A stretch of DNA of 63,334 nucleotides, taken from the NCBI GenBank assembly GCA_001940895.1, contig MSGY01000006.1, positions 131,179-194,512 on the forward strand. The letters run 5' to 3'. Made by a program: the position numbers and the translations under genes. Every line of letters begins with the position of its first letter. Position 1 is the first letter of the stretch. The stretch is from Christensenellaceae bacterium Phil10. GTDB lineage: Bacteria; Bacillota; Clostridia; Christensenellales; CAG-917. Below the pieces are notes generated by a model. The model had not been told where the DNA came from. It searched no databases and saw only the letters and a program-made list of their open reading frames with translations. Below, piece by piece: positions 48,578 to 58,294 of this stretch.

Positions 48578-48745
48578 ATGGCACACAAAATCAATGACGA
48601 GTGCATCGCATGCGGTTCCTGCGCAGATACCTGCCCCGTAGGTGCAATTTCCGAAAACGGCGGTAAATACGAAATCAACCCCGACGAATGCATCGACTGC
48701 GGAGCATGCGCTGAAGGCTGCCCTGTCGGAGCAATACAAGGTTAA
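48578..48745 (+). CDS. Clostridial 2[4Fe-4S] ferredoxin (55 aa, absent from the ORF track)
   Basis: MAHKINDECIACGSCADTCPVGAI...ECIDCGACAEGCPVGAIQG: two CxxCxxCxxxCP motifs; SD AAGGAG; followed by terminator. Confidence 0.97.
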   Translation: MAHKINDECIACGSCADTCPVGAISENGGKYEINPDECIDCGACAEGCPVGAIQG

Positions 48746-48760
48746 TTTAAAAAATCAAAG

Positions 48761-48790
48761 ATAAGTCCCCGTAAGGGGATTTATTTTTTT
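48761..48790 (+). terminator. Intrinsic terminator after ferredoxin
   Basis: ATAAGTCCCC-gtaa-GGGGATTTAT plus T-tract. Confidence 0.8.
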
Positions 48791-48856
48791 GCTTTTTTAA
48801 CGGAAAACGGACGATTTTAAAAATTTTTTTACAATTTTCGCATATCCGGGAAAAAA

Positions 48857-48888
48857 CTCAAATAAAACGGCCGGCGGAGTTGTTTACT
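48857..48888 (+). promoter_or_regulatory. Candidate ECF sigma promoter, copy 1 (autoregulatory)
   Basis: CTCAAATAAAA-N11-GTTGTTTACT; same motif and spacing at 50585-50616. Confidence 0.65.
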
Positions 48889-48962
48889 TTACGTACCGAA
48901 ATAAATGTTGCAAAAACAGTGCCGGATGTTATAATAGTGCTATTGAATTCAAGAGGTTTAAG

Positions 48963-49508
48963 GTGGAAAACAAGCATCTCGACAATTTGATAGGACGTAT
49001 GCAACGGTACGGTGACGAGGAGGCGTTTGCCGAGTTTTATAAACTTACGGCAAAGGGGTTATACTCGTATCTGATGTCGGTTGTCGGAAAGAAAGAGAAC
49101 GCGGAGGACCTTATGCAGGACGCTTATATAAGGTTCAGGCAAAACGTTCAGAGTTACGTCCGCGGTACAAACCCCACGGCATATCTTATACAAATCGGCA
49201 AAAACCTCGCTTTGAATTTTCTGAAGCGCTCGGGATACGAAAGACAGACGGATTTTTCCGAATGGGAGCCGTCGGACGACGGCGAAAGCGTCGAAAAACA
49301 AGCCGATACCACCGTAACCGACGCTATTGCGAAAGTTCTTAACGGGGACGAAGCGCAGATAGTGAAGTTGCACGTCGTTGCGGGACTTAAACACCGCGAA
49401 ATCGCCGAAATTACGGGAAAACCGCTCGGCACGGTACTATGGACTTATAACAACAGCCTTAACAAACTCAGAAAATACTTAAAGGAGGACGAAAATGCGA
49501 ATCGGTGA
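48963..49508 (+). CDS. ECF RNA polymerase sigma factor
   Basis: GDEEAFAEFY, AEDLMQD, KHREIAEITGKPLGTV; regions 2 and 4 only; GTG start. Confidence 0.92.
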   Translation: MENKHLDNLIGRMQRYGDEEAFAEFYKLTAKGLYSYLMSVVGKKENAEDLMQDAYIRFRQNVQSYVRGTNPTAYLIQIGKNLALNFLKRSGYERQTDFSEWEPSDDGESVEKQADTTVTDAIAKVLNGDEAQIVKLHVVAGLKHREIAEITGKPLGTVLWTYNNSLNKLRKYLKEDENANR

Positions 49509-50544
49509 AATCAAAAAAAGAATGTGCGAAGAAGCCGAAGCGGCGACGCCCGACGTCTCGGAACGCGTCGTAAAGTCTTCCTATATAGAAAAGCCCTCGA
49601 AAAAAACCGACGGCGTTTCGAAAAAACGCAATATGAAAATAGCGTTTTCGTCCGTTGCGGCGGTTCTTGTTCTTGCGATTGCGGTAACGACGGGCGTTTA
49701 TCTCGGACGACCGAAGGCGACGGGACCCGTTTCCGGTTATTATTACGCCAACTTTGTGCTGGAAAAAGGCGCCGCTGCGGCGGCCGAAGACGACGGCACG
49801 GCGACGGTTTCCTTTACTTTCGACAGCGCGGGTAATCTCGAATCCGCGCGCGGCGACGATAAATACGGAGATATGGTGCTTCGCGTTGCGGGAGACCTTT
49901 CGGGAAATTACAGTGAAATTACCGAAAAAATTCTCGACGCGGGACGCAGACTCGGATACGTCGGGGGAAATGCCGGTATTATAGTTACCGCCGCCGGAGA
50001 AAAAGCGGGTAAACTTCTTGACGGAATCAAGGCGGAAGTCGAGGTTTTTGCAGGAAAATGCAATATAGACGTCAGTGTGTCGGGAATGGAATTAAGCAAA
50101 AACGAACTTTATAATAAAGCGGCGGAATTCAGCAAAAACGTTACTTCTTCGATGTCTTTTGAGGAATTAAACACCGCTTTTGCAAGCAGAAAGTCGTTTA
50201 TAGAGGAATCGTGGGAGCGCGGCGACGACATAATCTCGGATATTTATTACGACTATATTGTAACCGTATTAAACGAAACCGACCCCGAAATAATTAAATA
50301 TTTCGAAACGTTTAAAAACGAAAGTTTCAAAGATATGAAAGATACTTTAAGCGGTATAAGCGATAATTTGCAGACGGTCGGAAAATTGTTGCCCGACGAA
50401 CTCAGGACGGAAATCGAATCCGTAGTGGAGACCATAGATATGATTATCGCCGATACCGTGGATACCGTAAAGAAAATATATAATAACTATATCGTAAAAC
50501 AAATCGATATTATTCAAACGGCGTTAAAAGGCGATATTTCGTAA
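49495..50544 (+). CDS. Probable membrane-anchored anti-sigma factor (RsgI-like extracellular domain)
   Basis: Overlaps the sigma gene; short cytoplasmic N-terminus, one TM, extracellular V.FTFD..G....A.G....G..VL...I...G...GY pattern. Confidence 0.65.
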   Translation: MRIGEIKKRMCEEAEAATPDVSERVVKSSYIEKPSKKTDGVSKKRNMKIAFSSVAAVLVLAIAVTTGVYLGRPKATGPVSGYYYANFVLEKGAAAAAEDDGTATVSFTFDSAGNLESARGDDKYGDMVLRVAGDLSGNYSEITEKILDAGRRLGYVGGNAGIIVTAAGEKAGKLLDGIKAEVEVFAGKCNIDVSVSGMELSKNELYNKAAEFSKNVTSSMSFEELNTAFASRKSFIEESWERGDDIISDIYYDYIVTVLNETDPEIIKYFETFKNESFKDMKDTLSGISDNLQTVGKLLPDELRTEIESVVETIDMIIADTVDTVKKIYNNYIVKQIDIIQTALKGDIS

Positions 50545-50584
50545 TCACGATAATTACTTAAAATTTTAAAAAATTTTTTAAAAT

Positions 50585-50616
50585 CTCCAATAAAATTTAT
50601 CCTCCGGTTGTTTACT
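50585..50616 (+). promoter_or_regulatory. Candidate ECF sigma promoter, copy 2
   Basis: CTCCAATAAAA-N11-GTTGTTTACT upstream of the lipoprotein gene. Confidence 0.65.
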
Positions 50617-50661
50617 ATGTGTTCAGAAACGAACGATATTGAATCGGAGGATTTGTTTTAT

Positions 50662-51693
50662 ATGAAAAAGAAAATTTTTGCAATTCTTCTCGTCGTTGCA
50701 TTGGTAGCGTCTCTTGCCGTGGGATTTACCGCGTGCAACCGCGACGATAACAAAGTCGAAAAACCTTCTAACGCCGAAACGCTCGGCACCGCCATCGCGG
50801 TAGCGTCTGGTATCAACGGCGGCGCGGCAAGCGCGGCCGGCGAAGTTGAAGCAAACGCGGGTCTCGAGCTTTCTTTCGGTACGGGTCTCATCGATAAAGC
50901 GGCGTCCGCGGCGTATTCCATCGTAAAACCCGCCGTCGACGAATTTATGGCAAACACTATCGACAGCATTTCCTGCTACGTAAACGAAAGCGGCTTTAAA
51001 GTAGAAAAGGGCGAATGCGATAAAGAAGAGTTCAACGAAATGTACGTTCTCACCGTTTCCTACACCGACGAAAACGGCGAAGCGGCCGAAACCGTTTACA
51101 GAATGTATATATCCGCGAAGGACAAAGACGGCAACTTCGTCGATATGAACACCGCAACCGAATATACCTTCACCGCGGCCCTTTACGTAAAAGACGGAGA
51201 TGAATTCGTAAAAGTCACTTCTTTCAGCGGCAATGCCAAATTCGACGCCACGGTCAATGCAACCAAATTCGGAGTGTACGTAGGCGTTGACGGAACGGGA
51301 GTCGGAGTCGAAGCGTACGCAACCGAAACGGGCAGCATCGTTATCGCCGTCGACGTGGACGTAAACAATATATTCAGCGGCACGACCGTCGACGTAAAAG
51401 TCGAACTCGGCAAACTTGCCGACAACAGATACGGCGCGAAAGTCAACGTGGACGTCGTTACCAACTCCTGCACGGTCAACGTTGAAGCCAACGTAATCGC
51501 AAGCGGCGCCGAAGAGGCAAACGAGTTTGCGGTGAACGGCAGCGTTAAAGTCAACGTGGTAAATACCTGTACCGTCGAGGCTCAGATCAGCGGCACGGCG
51601 AAATACGTAAAAGCCACCGAGGACGCGGAATCCGAACTTGTGTTATCTCTTCAAGGCAACGCAACGGTATCCGCAACCGAGAACAACGAATAA
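50662..51693 (+). CDS. Lipoprotein with beta-strand-rich C-terminal half
   Basis: Lipobox FTAC; alternating V-x-V-x strands; SD GGAGG. Confidence 0.8.
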   Translation: MKKKIFAILLVVALVASLAVGFTACNRDDNKVEKPSNAETLGTAIAVASGINGGAASAAGEVEANAGLELSFGTGLIDKAASAAYSIVKPAVDEFMANTIDSISCYVNESGFKVEKGECDKEEFNEMYVLTVSYTDENGEAAETVYRMYISAKDKDGNFVDMNTATEYTFTAALYVKDGDEFVKVTSFSGNAKFDATVNATKFGVYVGVDGTGVGVEAYATETGSIVIAVDVDVNNIFSGTTVDVKVELGKLADNRYGAKVNVDVVTNSCTVNVEANVIASGAEEANEFAVNGSVKVNVVNTCTVEAQISGTAKYVKATEDAESELVLSLQGNATVSATENNE

Positions 51694-51735
51694 GATTAAC
51701 AACGATTACATCCGTAATCTTTCCACCTAAATCCA

Positions 51736-51769
51736 GAAACCGCCCGGGATAGCCCGGGCGGTTTCGTTT
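51736..51769 (+). terminator. Intrinsic terminator
   Basis: GAAACCGCCCGGG-atag-CCCGGGCGGTTTC. Confidence 0.8.
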
Positions 51770-51879
51770 GTAATTTTTTTCGCATCTTCACATAAAATTT
51801 ACCGTAAAGCAAAATTTTTATTTTTGTTGAAAGACATTGTCATATATTATGTGAAATAATTGCATTGTGAGGTGAAGAT

Positions 51880-52119
51880 ATGAAAAAAATAGTAATGGTT
51901 CAATTGTTGAAAGGCACGAAAGAAAAAATCGTTCGCCCCGAAAAAAAAGAGGTTAAACCTCTTGAAATTTATTACATAGGCGAAAATCGTTCGGAATTGT
52001 TATACGACGCGCGCGAAAAAGTCGTTTCGCGCACGACGGGTCTTTTCGGCAATACCGAAGTTACCGAGATAACCAACGCGTACGGCGTAAAATTCAGAAG
52101 GTACAAAAAAGTATTCTGA
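51880..52119 (+). CDS. Small hypothetical protein (79 aa)
   Basis: SD GAGGTG; plausible composition; no family recognised. Confidence 0.6.
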   Translation: MKKIVMVQLLKGTKEKIVRPEKKEVKPLEIYYIGENRSELLYDAREKVVSRTTGLFGNTEVTEITNAYGVKFRRYKKVF

Positions 52120-52152
52120 TAACGACGGCAAAATACCGCACGGTAAACGTTA

Positions 52153-52980
52153 TTAAAATTTCACGAGTTCGGGTTTGCGGTTATAATATCTCGTAAAGCC
52201 TTTAAAACCGATATCTTTCATTGCTTTTGCGACGGCGTCGTAATTATAACAAAGATTGTCCGCGCGGTGCGCGTCGCTGCCGAAGGATATTTTGTTTCCG
52301 CCGAGTTCTCTGTAGCGTCGAAGAACGTCGACGTCGGGGACGGAGAGATGACGCCTTGCGAAATCGGAACTTTTCTGAGCTCCGCGATACGTTTTGCTGT
52401 TAACTTCCAGGCATTTGTCTTTTTTGACGATTGTTCTTAGAATATCGTCGAAAATTTCGGCAAATTCATCGTAATACATGTCGGGTTCCTTATAAGGGGC
52501 GTTTCTCTGTATATAGCCGATATGGCCGACGATATCGTAATCGTACGGGGCGTCCAGACTTTCCCGTACGGCCTTTAAGTATTCGAGATATGCAAAGTGC
52601 TTGTAAGGACACTTATTGAAATATTCGGCAAAATACACTTCGCTGCCCAGTACGCAGTGAACGCTGTTGATGATTACGTCGAAATTTTTGCCGCGCAAAT
52701 CTTTCATATAGAGTGAATTCGCGCTTTTCATATAGCCCAGCTCTATACCCGTCGCAAGGCGTATTTTGTCTGCGTAACGCGATTTGAAGCGTTGCATTTC
52801 GCCAAGATAGGCCGAAAGATTGAGTTCGGGATTATCGTATCCTAAAATTTTATAATCGCGGTTTAAGTGGTCGGTAATTGCGACGTAGTCGCAACCGAGC
52901 GCAACCGCTTTACCCGCAACGTCTTCGACGGCTTCCATTCCGTCGTCCGAAAAAATGCTGTGAACGTGGCTGTCGTGCAT
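52153..52980 (-). CDS. PHP-family histidinol-phosphatase (HisJ-like)
   Basis: DSHVHS..SDD, ITDH, GIELG, INSVH, GHIGY, LEVNS, GSDAH. Confidence 0.88.
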   Translation of the reverse strand: MHDSHVHSIFSDDGMEAVEDVAGKAVALGCDYVAITDHLNRDYKILGYDNPELNLSAYLGEMQRFKSRYADKIRLATGIELGYMKSANSLYMKDLRGKNFDVIINSVHCVLGSEVYFAEYFNKCPYKHFAYLEYLKAVRESLDAPYDYDIVGHIGYIQRNAPYKEPDMYYDEFAEIFDDILRTIVKKDKCLEVNSKTYRGAQKSSDFARRHLSVPDVDVLRRYRELGGNKISFGSDAHRADNLCYNYDAVAKAMKDIGFKGFTRYYNRKPELVKF

Positions 52981-53147
52981 AAAACTGCTCCTTGTGCTTA
53001 TTATACAAACGTAAGGCCGATATGTAAAGGATATACGGAAATTTTTACACCGAAGCCTGCTTGTCGGGTTTAAATTAAAAAAAACCTAAAAAACCTTACG
53101 CGCGTCACGGGATATCCGGGCGTTTTCTCCGTACGAGGGGACTATTA

Positions 53148-53176
53148 TTGACAAAACGGAACAGATATATTAAAAT
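53148..53176 (+). promoter_or_regulatory. Sigma-A promoter of the large lipoprotein gene
   Basis: TTGACA-N17-TAAAAT. Confidence 0.75.
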
Positions 53177-53231
53177 ATAATAAGTATTGATTATTCTTAA
53201 TCGATACAAATCCCTTTTAACGGAGGACTGT

Positions 53232-56200
53232 ATGAAACAAAAAAAATACGTAAGGATTCTTGCGCTGGTGCTTGTGCTCGTAATGTGCATAGGTATATTT
53301 ACGGCATGCAAGAAAAATCCGGACGATACCCCCGGCGGAAACGATAAACCCGGCGGAGATACCCCCGGCGGAGGTACCGTCGTTACCGACGATTCCATGA
53401 CGAGTTTCGTCAAAACGATGTTCAGAAGCGCCAACGAAATCGGCGCAGGCACCACGGTAAATCTCGAAAAAGGAAACGACATATCCTTTAATATCGGGTT
53501 TACGGTAAAAGTAATAAAAGATACCGAGACCCTTCCCGTCGAAGTTTACGTAAAAGGTTTTCTTGACAGAACCAACGTAGAAGAAACGTATGGCGAAAAC
53601 GCAAACGGCGCCTATACGAAAGTCGGAGAGAACTACGTTCTTTACGACCCCGCCGTGCACGTCGATACGGAGGAACAGACGTTCGTCAGATATTCGCATT
53701 ACTACAAACTCAAAGACAACAACGATACGAGAATAGATATCGCCGTCCGCGCGCAGAACGTCGATTCGTTAAGACTCTACTACACGAAAGGTAAAGTATA
53801 CGCAACGATTGCCGGAAACAACCTGTTAATCGACCTCGGCCAGTTTGCGGATTTCAAGGACGGACAGAGTCTTGAAGATTTCGTTTATAACAAAATCGAA
53901 TGGCTTCTCGAACAGGATATCGTAAAAAGCATTGCGGGCGCATTCGACGGAAAAGACTTTGACCTGAACAAAGTCGTTTCGGGCTTTATCAATCAGATTC
54001 TCGGTAAAACCGTCGAATATATTCCCGTCGCCGACGCGAAATACACCGCGGGCCGTCAGAAGTATTCCCTTCAGGGCGGAACGTACGTTAAAGACGATAA
54101 CGGCACGTATTTCGTCAAAACGCTTGCCGACGACGTAATGGGTATGGCGCCTATTTCTATTGCCGGTATGATTAACCTTGACGGCAAAATGATAGCCGAA
54201 ACGATTTTCGGTTCGGTCGATACGATGTATAAGTGCCTCGGCGAAACCATCAACCTCGAAGAAATTCTCAAAGCGATAGGTCCCAAGCTTTTCGACGCTC
54301 CCAACTGGGAAAAGAAAGTAGCAAACGGCTGGAAATCGGTCGATTTCGACAAAACCGGCGATAAGGCGGCCCTGATGCAGGGCGAATGCCGCGCGACGAT
54401 TACTCTCGGCGGCGGACTCAAAGACCTTCTTGCAAGTTTTGCTCCGTCACTCAACGGCGCGATTCAGCTGGGATTCGAAAAGAAAGCCGGCTCGGGCGAT
54501 AACGCGGGCAGAATGGACGCTTTCTTTGCAAGACTTAACTTCAACAACGTCGAGGAAGCGGGCGGAAAACTGGGCGTCGAGTTCAGAATTACCGATCTCG
54601 GTCTCGGCAACGCAAAAGACGATTTCGCAACTACAATCGATACCGATAATTACGGCGCGTTCAATTTCGACGCGGGTATGGACCTCGATATCAGCAAGAA
54701 TCTGATGGAACTGCTTTTCAGAAACGCTTCTTCCGCGGATAATCAGATTGCGGTAAAATTCGGCGGCGACGACTTCTCGTTCGACGCGGCGACGAACACC
54801 TTTACCCTTCCCGAAAAATTAAGCCTTAATATAAAAGGCACGCTCGACCTCGAAAACTTCCTCAACACCAAAGCGTTGGCAACGCTCAAAGCGGGCGACA
54901 ACACTATCGCCACGTTGCAGCTTTATGCGGCGGGAGACGACCTTGTCGCCGACGTCAAAGTGGACGACGCGTATAAAGGACTTATCGAAAATATTCTCGA
55001 CGTTTGCGCCGCTATCGGAAACGGTACTATCGGCTTCAACGGATTCAGAAAGAACGGCGAAGGTAACTGGGGCTTCTATAACGACGACGGCACCGTGCGT
55101 ACTCATAATCTCACAAACGGTGTTTACAGTTACGAAAGCATTAACAACGTACTTGACAATTTCGTAAAGACGGGCGAAATGAGAGTTGAAGGACTTAACG
55201 TCATAAATCTTATCAACGCGCTTATCTCGGGCGATAAGAAAATTTACGTCAACTTCAACAAGGCTCCTGCCGCCGCCGAAATTGAAAACGGCAGGTATTC
55301 GGCGGATTTCCTTCTTACCACAATTATGGGCGACGGAACGCACGGTCTTCTTGCCGCTCTTCACAAGATAGTGTCTTTCGGCGAGGATTACGTTGCGATA
55401 TCGGGCGTAAACGCGCTTTCTTCGATAATGACCACCATATTCGAATATAAGGCTGCCGACGACGTCGTGCTTTCGCCTTCCGTAATAATCGGTTCTCTTA
55501 TGCATATGGCCGCAGACGGATTCCAGTTTATGGGATATAATAATTACAACGCGGCCGAAGATTATATGCGCTTCGAGGAGCAGGCCGTCATTCTTATGAG
55601 CCGCGGTATCGTGCTTAACGATAAGACGGGCAACAGACTTCTTCCCGATACCGAAATAACCGCAGTCCGCGGACAGGACAGACTTTCTCCCGCACAGGAA
55701 AAATTCCAGGCATATATCAATGCCGGAGACGACGTTACCCGCGCGAAACTCGAGGCCGAACTCAAAGAATACGGCTATGCGGTAGTAACCTGCACCGACG
55801 GCACGAAAGCGATGTATCCTTACGTTTTGTGGAATAAATTCAGTTCCGACGAGACCGCCGCGCTTGCAAACGGATTCGTCAAAGACGGAAACGAGCTGAA
55901 AGCCAAAACCGTCGATACGCTTAAAGCCGAACTGATTGCAAAACTCAACGGCGAAGGCGCGAACAAAGATAACTTCGTAAGCGTCGGAAAGGCCGAACTC
56001 ACGCAGTTGTTGCGCCTCGGTAAAGCGATTATGCCCGTAGTCGACGCGGAAGGCGTGTGGACGATAGCGTACGAATACGACCCATTGTTCGACGAGTCGT
56101 ATCTTAAAGAACTCGGCGCTAAAGTCGGCGTTTATACCGAAAAAGACGGCGGACGTATCACCCGCGGAAGCGTAAAACTTGAAACGTGGCTTATCGGCGG

Positions 56201-56333
56201 CGAAAGCGTACTCGAATGCTATATGAACTTCCTTACTTCGGCACCTGAAATTAACATAAACGATAATCTCGTGTCCGAGGCAACGAAAGCCAACGCTTTG
56301 AAGATTTCCGCAGTGGACGTTTCGGAGCTGTAA
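53232..56333 (+). CDS. Very large lipoprotein (~1030 aa) of unknown function
   Basis: Lipobox FTAC, PGG linker repeats, monocistronic with strong promoter, SD and terminator. Confidence 0.85.
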   Translation: MKQKKYVRILALVLVLVMCIGIFTACKKNPDDTPGGNDKPGGDTPGGGTVVTDDSMTSFVKTMFRSANEIGAGTTVNLEKGNDISFNIGFTVKVIKDTETLPVEVYVKGFLDRTNVEETYGENANGAYTKVGENYVLYDPAVHVDTEEQTFVRYSHYYKLKDNNDTRIDIAVRAQNVDSLRLYYTKGKVYATIAGNNLLIDLGQFADFKDGQSLEDFVYNKIEWLLEQDIVKSIAGAFDGKDFDLNKVVSGFINQILGKTVEYIPVADAKYTAGRQKYSLQGGTYVKDDNGTYFVKTLADDVMGMAPISIAGMINLDGKMIAETIFGSVDTMYKCLGETINLEEILKAIGPKLFDAPNWEKKVANGWKSVDFDKTGDKAALMQGECRATITLGGGLKDLLASFAPSLNGAIQLGFEKKAGSGDNAGRMDAFFARLNFNNVEEAGGKLGVEFRITDLGLGNAKDDFATTIDTDNYGAFNFDAGMDLDISKNLMELLFRNASSADNQIAVKFGGDDFSFDAATNTFTLPEKLSLNIKGTLDLENFLNTKALATLKAGDNTIATLQLYAAGDDLVADVKVDDAYKGLIENILDVCAAIGNGTIGFNGFRKNGEGNWGFYNDDGTVRTHNLTNGVYSYESINNVLDNFVKTGEMRVEGLNVINLINALISGDKKIYVNFNKAPAAAEIENGRYSADFLLTTIMGDGTHGLLAALHKIVSFGEDYVAISGVNALSSIMTTIFEYKAADDVVLSPSVIIGSLMHMAADGFQFMGYNNYNAAEDYMRFEEQAVILMSRGIVLNDKTGNRLLPDTEITAVRGQDRLSPAQEKFQAYINAGDDVTRAKLEAELKEYGYAVVTCTDGTKAMYPYVLWNKFSSDETAALANGFVKDGNELKAKTVDTLKAELIAKLNGEGANKDNFVSVGKAELTQLLRLGKAIMPVVDAEGVWTIAYEYDPLFDESYLKELGAKVGVYTEKDGGRITRGSVKLETWLIGGESVLECYMNFLTSAPEININDNLVSEATKANALKISAVDVSEL

Positions 56334-56348
56334 AAGCATTTTAAAATT

Positions 56349-56383
56349 AAAAGAGCCGCGTACAGCGGCTCTTTTCTTTTTTT
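56349..56383 (+). terminator. Intrinsic terminator
   Basis: AAAAGAGCCGC-gtaca-GCGGCTCTTTT. Confidence 0.85.
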
Positions 56384-56458
56384 AAGAATAATTCTTTACT
56401 TATCTTTATCCGTGTGATAATATCATAAGTATAAAAATAAGTTTCAAGAGGTGGGGAA

Positions 56459-57247
56459 ATGCTGCTTAACCGATTGCTTATAAAAGCCGTCGCGCCGACG
56501 CCTAAAATCGAAAAATACAAAAGATATTTGTTTATCGCCCCTCATCCCGACGATATAGAAATCGCCGTCGGAGGCACCGTGGCAAGGCTTGCGAGAGAGG
56601 GCAGGGAAGTTTATTTTCTCGTCTGTACGGACGGTCGTTTCGGCACCGAGGACGAAAACGTCAGCCCCGAAAGTCTTGTCGCCGCGAGAAGGGAAGAACA
56701 ACTTGCAAGCGCGCGTATTCTCGGCGTAAAAGACGTCGTATTTCTGAATTACGAGGACGGCGGAATGTATGACGAACTCGAACTCAGAAAGGATATTGCG
56801 CGGACGATAGCGCGTATCAAGCCCGAGGTTGTCGTATGTCCCGACCATAAACTCTATTCGGAATGCCACCCCGACCACCTTGCCGTGGGCGAAAACGCGT
56901 CGAAAGCGTACTTTATGTGCAGCAATGTTAATATGATGAAAAGTATAGGTTCGGATGAAATAGCAAAACCCGACGTTCTGGCGTTCTATTTTACCGGTAA
57001 ACCTAATCGTTATGTAAAAATAACAAAAAAAGATTTCGAAAAAAACAAACGGGCGTACGCATGCTTCGTTTCGCAATGTCCGCCTCCCGACAACGGCAAA
57101 AGTCTGATGTTGTATATGCGACTTAAAATCCGCCTTAACGGAATGCGCAGCGGACATATCCGCGCCGACGCTTTCCGCACGATGCACAACATGCATATCC
57201 ATTGTTGCGCCGAGGCTGAGGACACTGCCGCAAAACGCCCGCTGTAA
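56459..57247 (+). CDS. PIG-L/LmbE-family deacetylase
   Basis: APHPDDIEIAVGGT, TDGRFG, RREE, HPDH. Confidence 0.9.
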   Translation: MLLNRLLIKAVAPTPKIEKYKRYLFIAPHPDDIEIAVGGTVARLAREGREVYFLVCTDGRFGTEDENVSPESLVAARREEQLASARILGVKDVVFLNYEDGGMYDELELRKDIARTIARIKPEVVVCPDHKLYSECHPDHLAVGENASKAYFMCSNVNMMKSIGSDEIAKPDVLAFYFTGKPNRYVKITKKDFEKNKRAYACFVSQCPPPDNGKSLMLYMRLKIRLNGMRSGHIRADAFRTMHNMHIHCCAEAEDTAAKRPL

Positions 57248-57261
57248 TACGGAGAAAAACG

Positions 57262-57969
57262 ATGACAAAACAAAAACTCACTGCTGAAGAAAAAGCCGCA
57301 AAAAAAGCGGCGCGAAAAGAGAAGTTTAGAGCAATGAACGAAAAGAACGGCACCAGATGGCAGGCGTTCAAATACCTGCTGTGCACGGCAAGCGCGGGAA
57401 TTATTCAATTCGTTTCCTTTACCATAATGACTTATGCGTTTGCAAAGCTCGACTGGGGAACGATTAATTTCATTACGCCTATGCCGAAAACGACGTTCGT
57501 CGCAACGACGGTCGCGCTTTGCCTGTCCGTATTGTGGAATTTTACGCTCAACAGAAAATTCACTTTCAAGTCGGCGAAAAACGTGCCCGTAGCGATGGCG
57601 CTCGCATTTTTATTTTACGTTCCGTTTTATCCCTTCCAGACCTGGTACGTTCACGTAGTATCCGAGGCAATCGGCGGGCAGGAATGGGCAAAACTAATTG
57701 CCGAGGCAACGGTTATGCTTATTAACGGCGTGCTTGAATTCTGCTGGCAGAAATTCGTTATTTATCGTAAATCGGCAAACACCGCGCCGCAGAAAAACAA
57801 AAATCCCGAAGCAGCAACGGCGGAGGGAAGCGCGGATGACGACGGAGAAGAAAAAATCGTAAAAGAAGGTTTCGTCGACGCGGCGCTCGAAATAGGCCAT
57901 ATCAAAGACGAAGGCATCGATATTTCCGCCGTCGAAGTCGGCGAAGAGGAAGAGATTAAAAAAGGTTAA
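57262..57969 (+). CDS. GtrA-family membrane protein with acidic tail
   Basis: QAFKYL, SVLWNFTLNRKFTFKS, QKFVIY. Confidence 0.8.
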   Translation: MTKQKLTAEEKAAKKAARKEKFRAMNEKNGTRWQAFKYLLCTASAGIIQFVSFTIMTYAFAKLDWGTINFITPMPKTTFVATTVALCLSVLWNFTLNRKFTFKSAKNVPVAMALAFLFYVPFYPFQTWYVHVVSEAIGGQEWAKLIAEATVMLINGVLEFCWQKFVIYRKSANTAPQKNKNPEAATAEGSADDDGEEKIVKEGFVDAALEIGHIKDEGIDISAVEVGEEEEIKKG

Positions 57970-58070
57970 TGCCCGAACTCTTTAAAAGCACGCCGGACGC
58001 GTGCTTTTTCGTTGTTTAAAAATTGCGGATAAAATCGTTCGGACGGCGCATACTTTAACGGGAGGCTGTT

Positions 58071-58226
58071 ATGAAAAAGAAAGCGAACAATAACGCGCCG
58101 GATTTATCGGCGTTTGCGCCTAATCCGTTCGACCCTCTGGGAATGTACGGTTGTTATCCCGCCATAATCAATTTCGGCGAAACCGAAGAACTCGAAACGC
58201 CTACGCAGGACGCCGACGACCTGTAA
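58071..58226 (+). CDS. Small protein (51 aa) ending in QDADDL, absent from the ORF track
   Basis: SD GGAGG; MKKKANNNAPDLSAFAPNPFDPLGMYGCYPAIINFGETEELETPTQDADDL. Confidence 0.7.
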   Translation: MKKKANNNAPDLSAFAPNPFDPLGMYGCYPAIINFGETEELETPTQDADDL

Positions 58227-58294
58227 CCGCGCCGATATTCAGATTCGTAAGATGGAAAACGTAACAACGAAAAGAGCGTACGGCTAAAAAGCGC

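Noticed and set aside
53320-53375. Repeated GATACCCCCGGCGGA-like units as a CRISPR or DNA repeat element
   Set aside because: In-frame Pro-Gly-Gly linker of a lipoprotein; no spacers or cas genes
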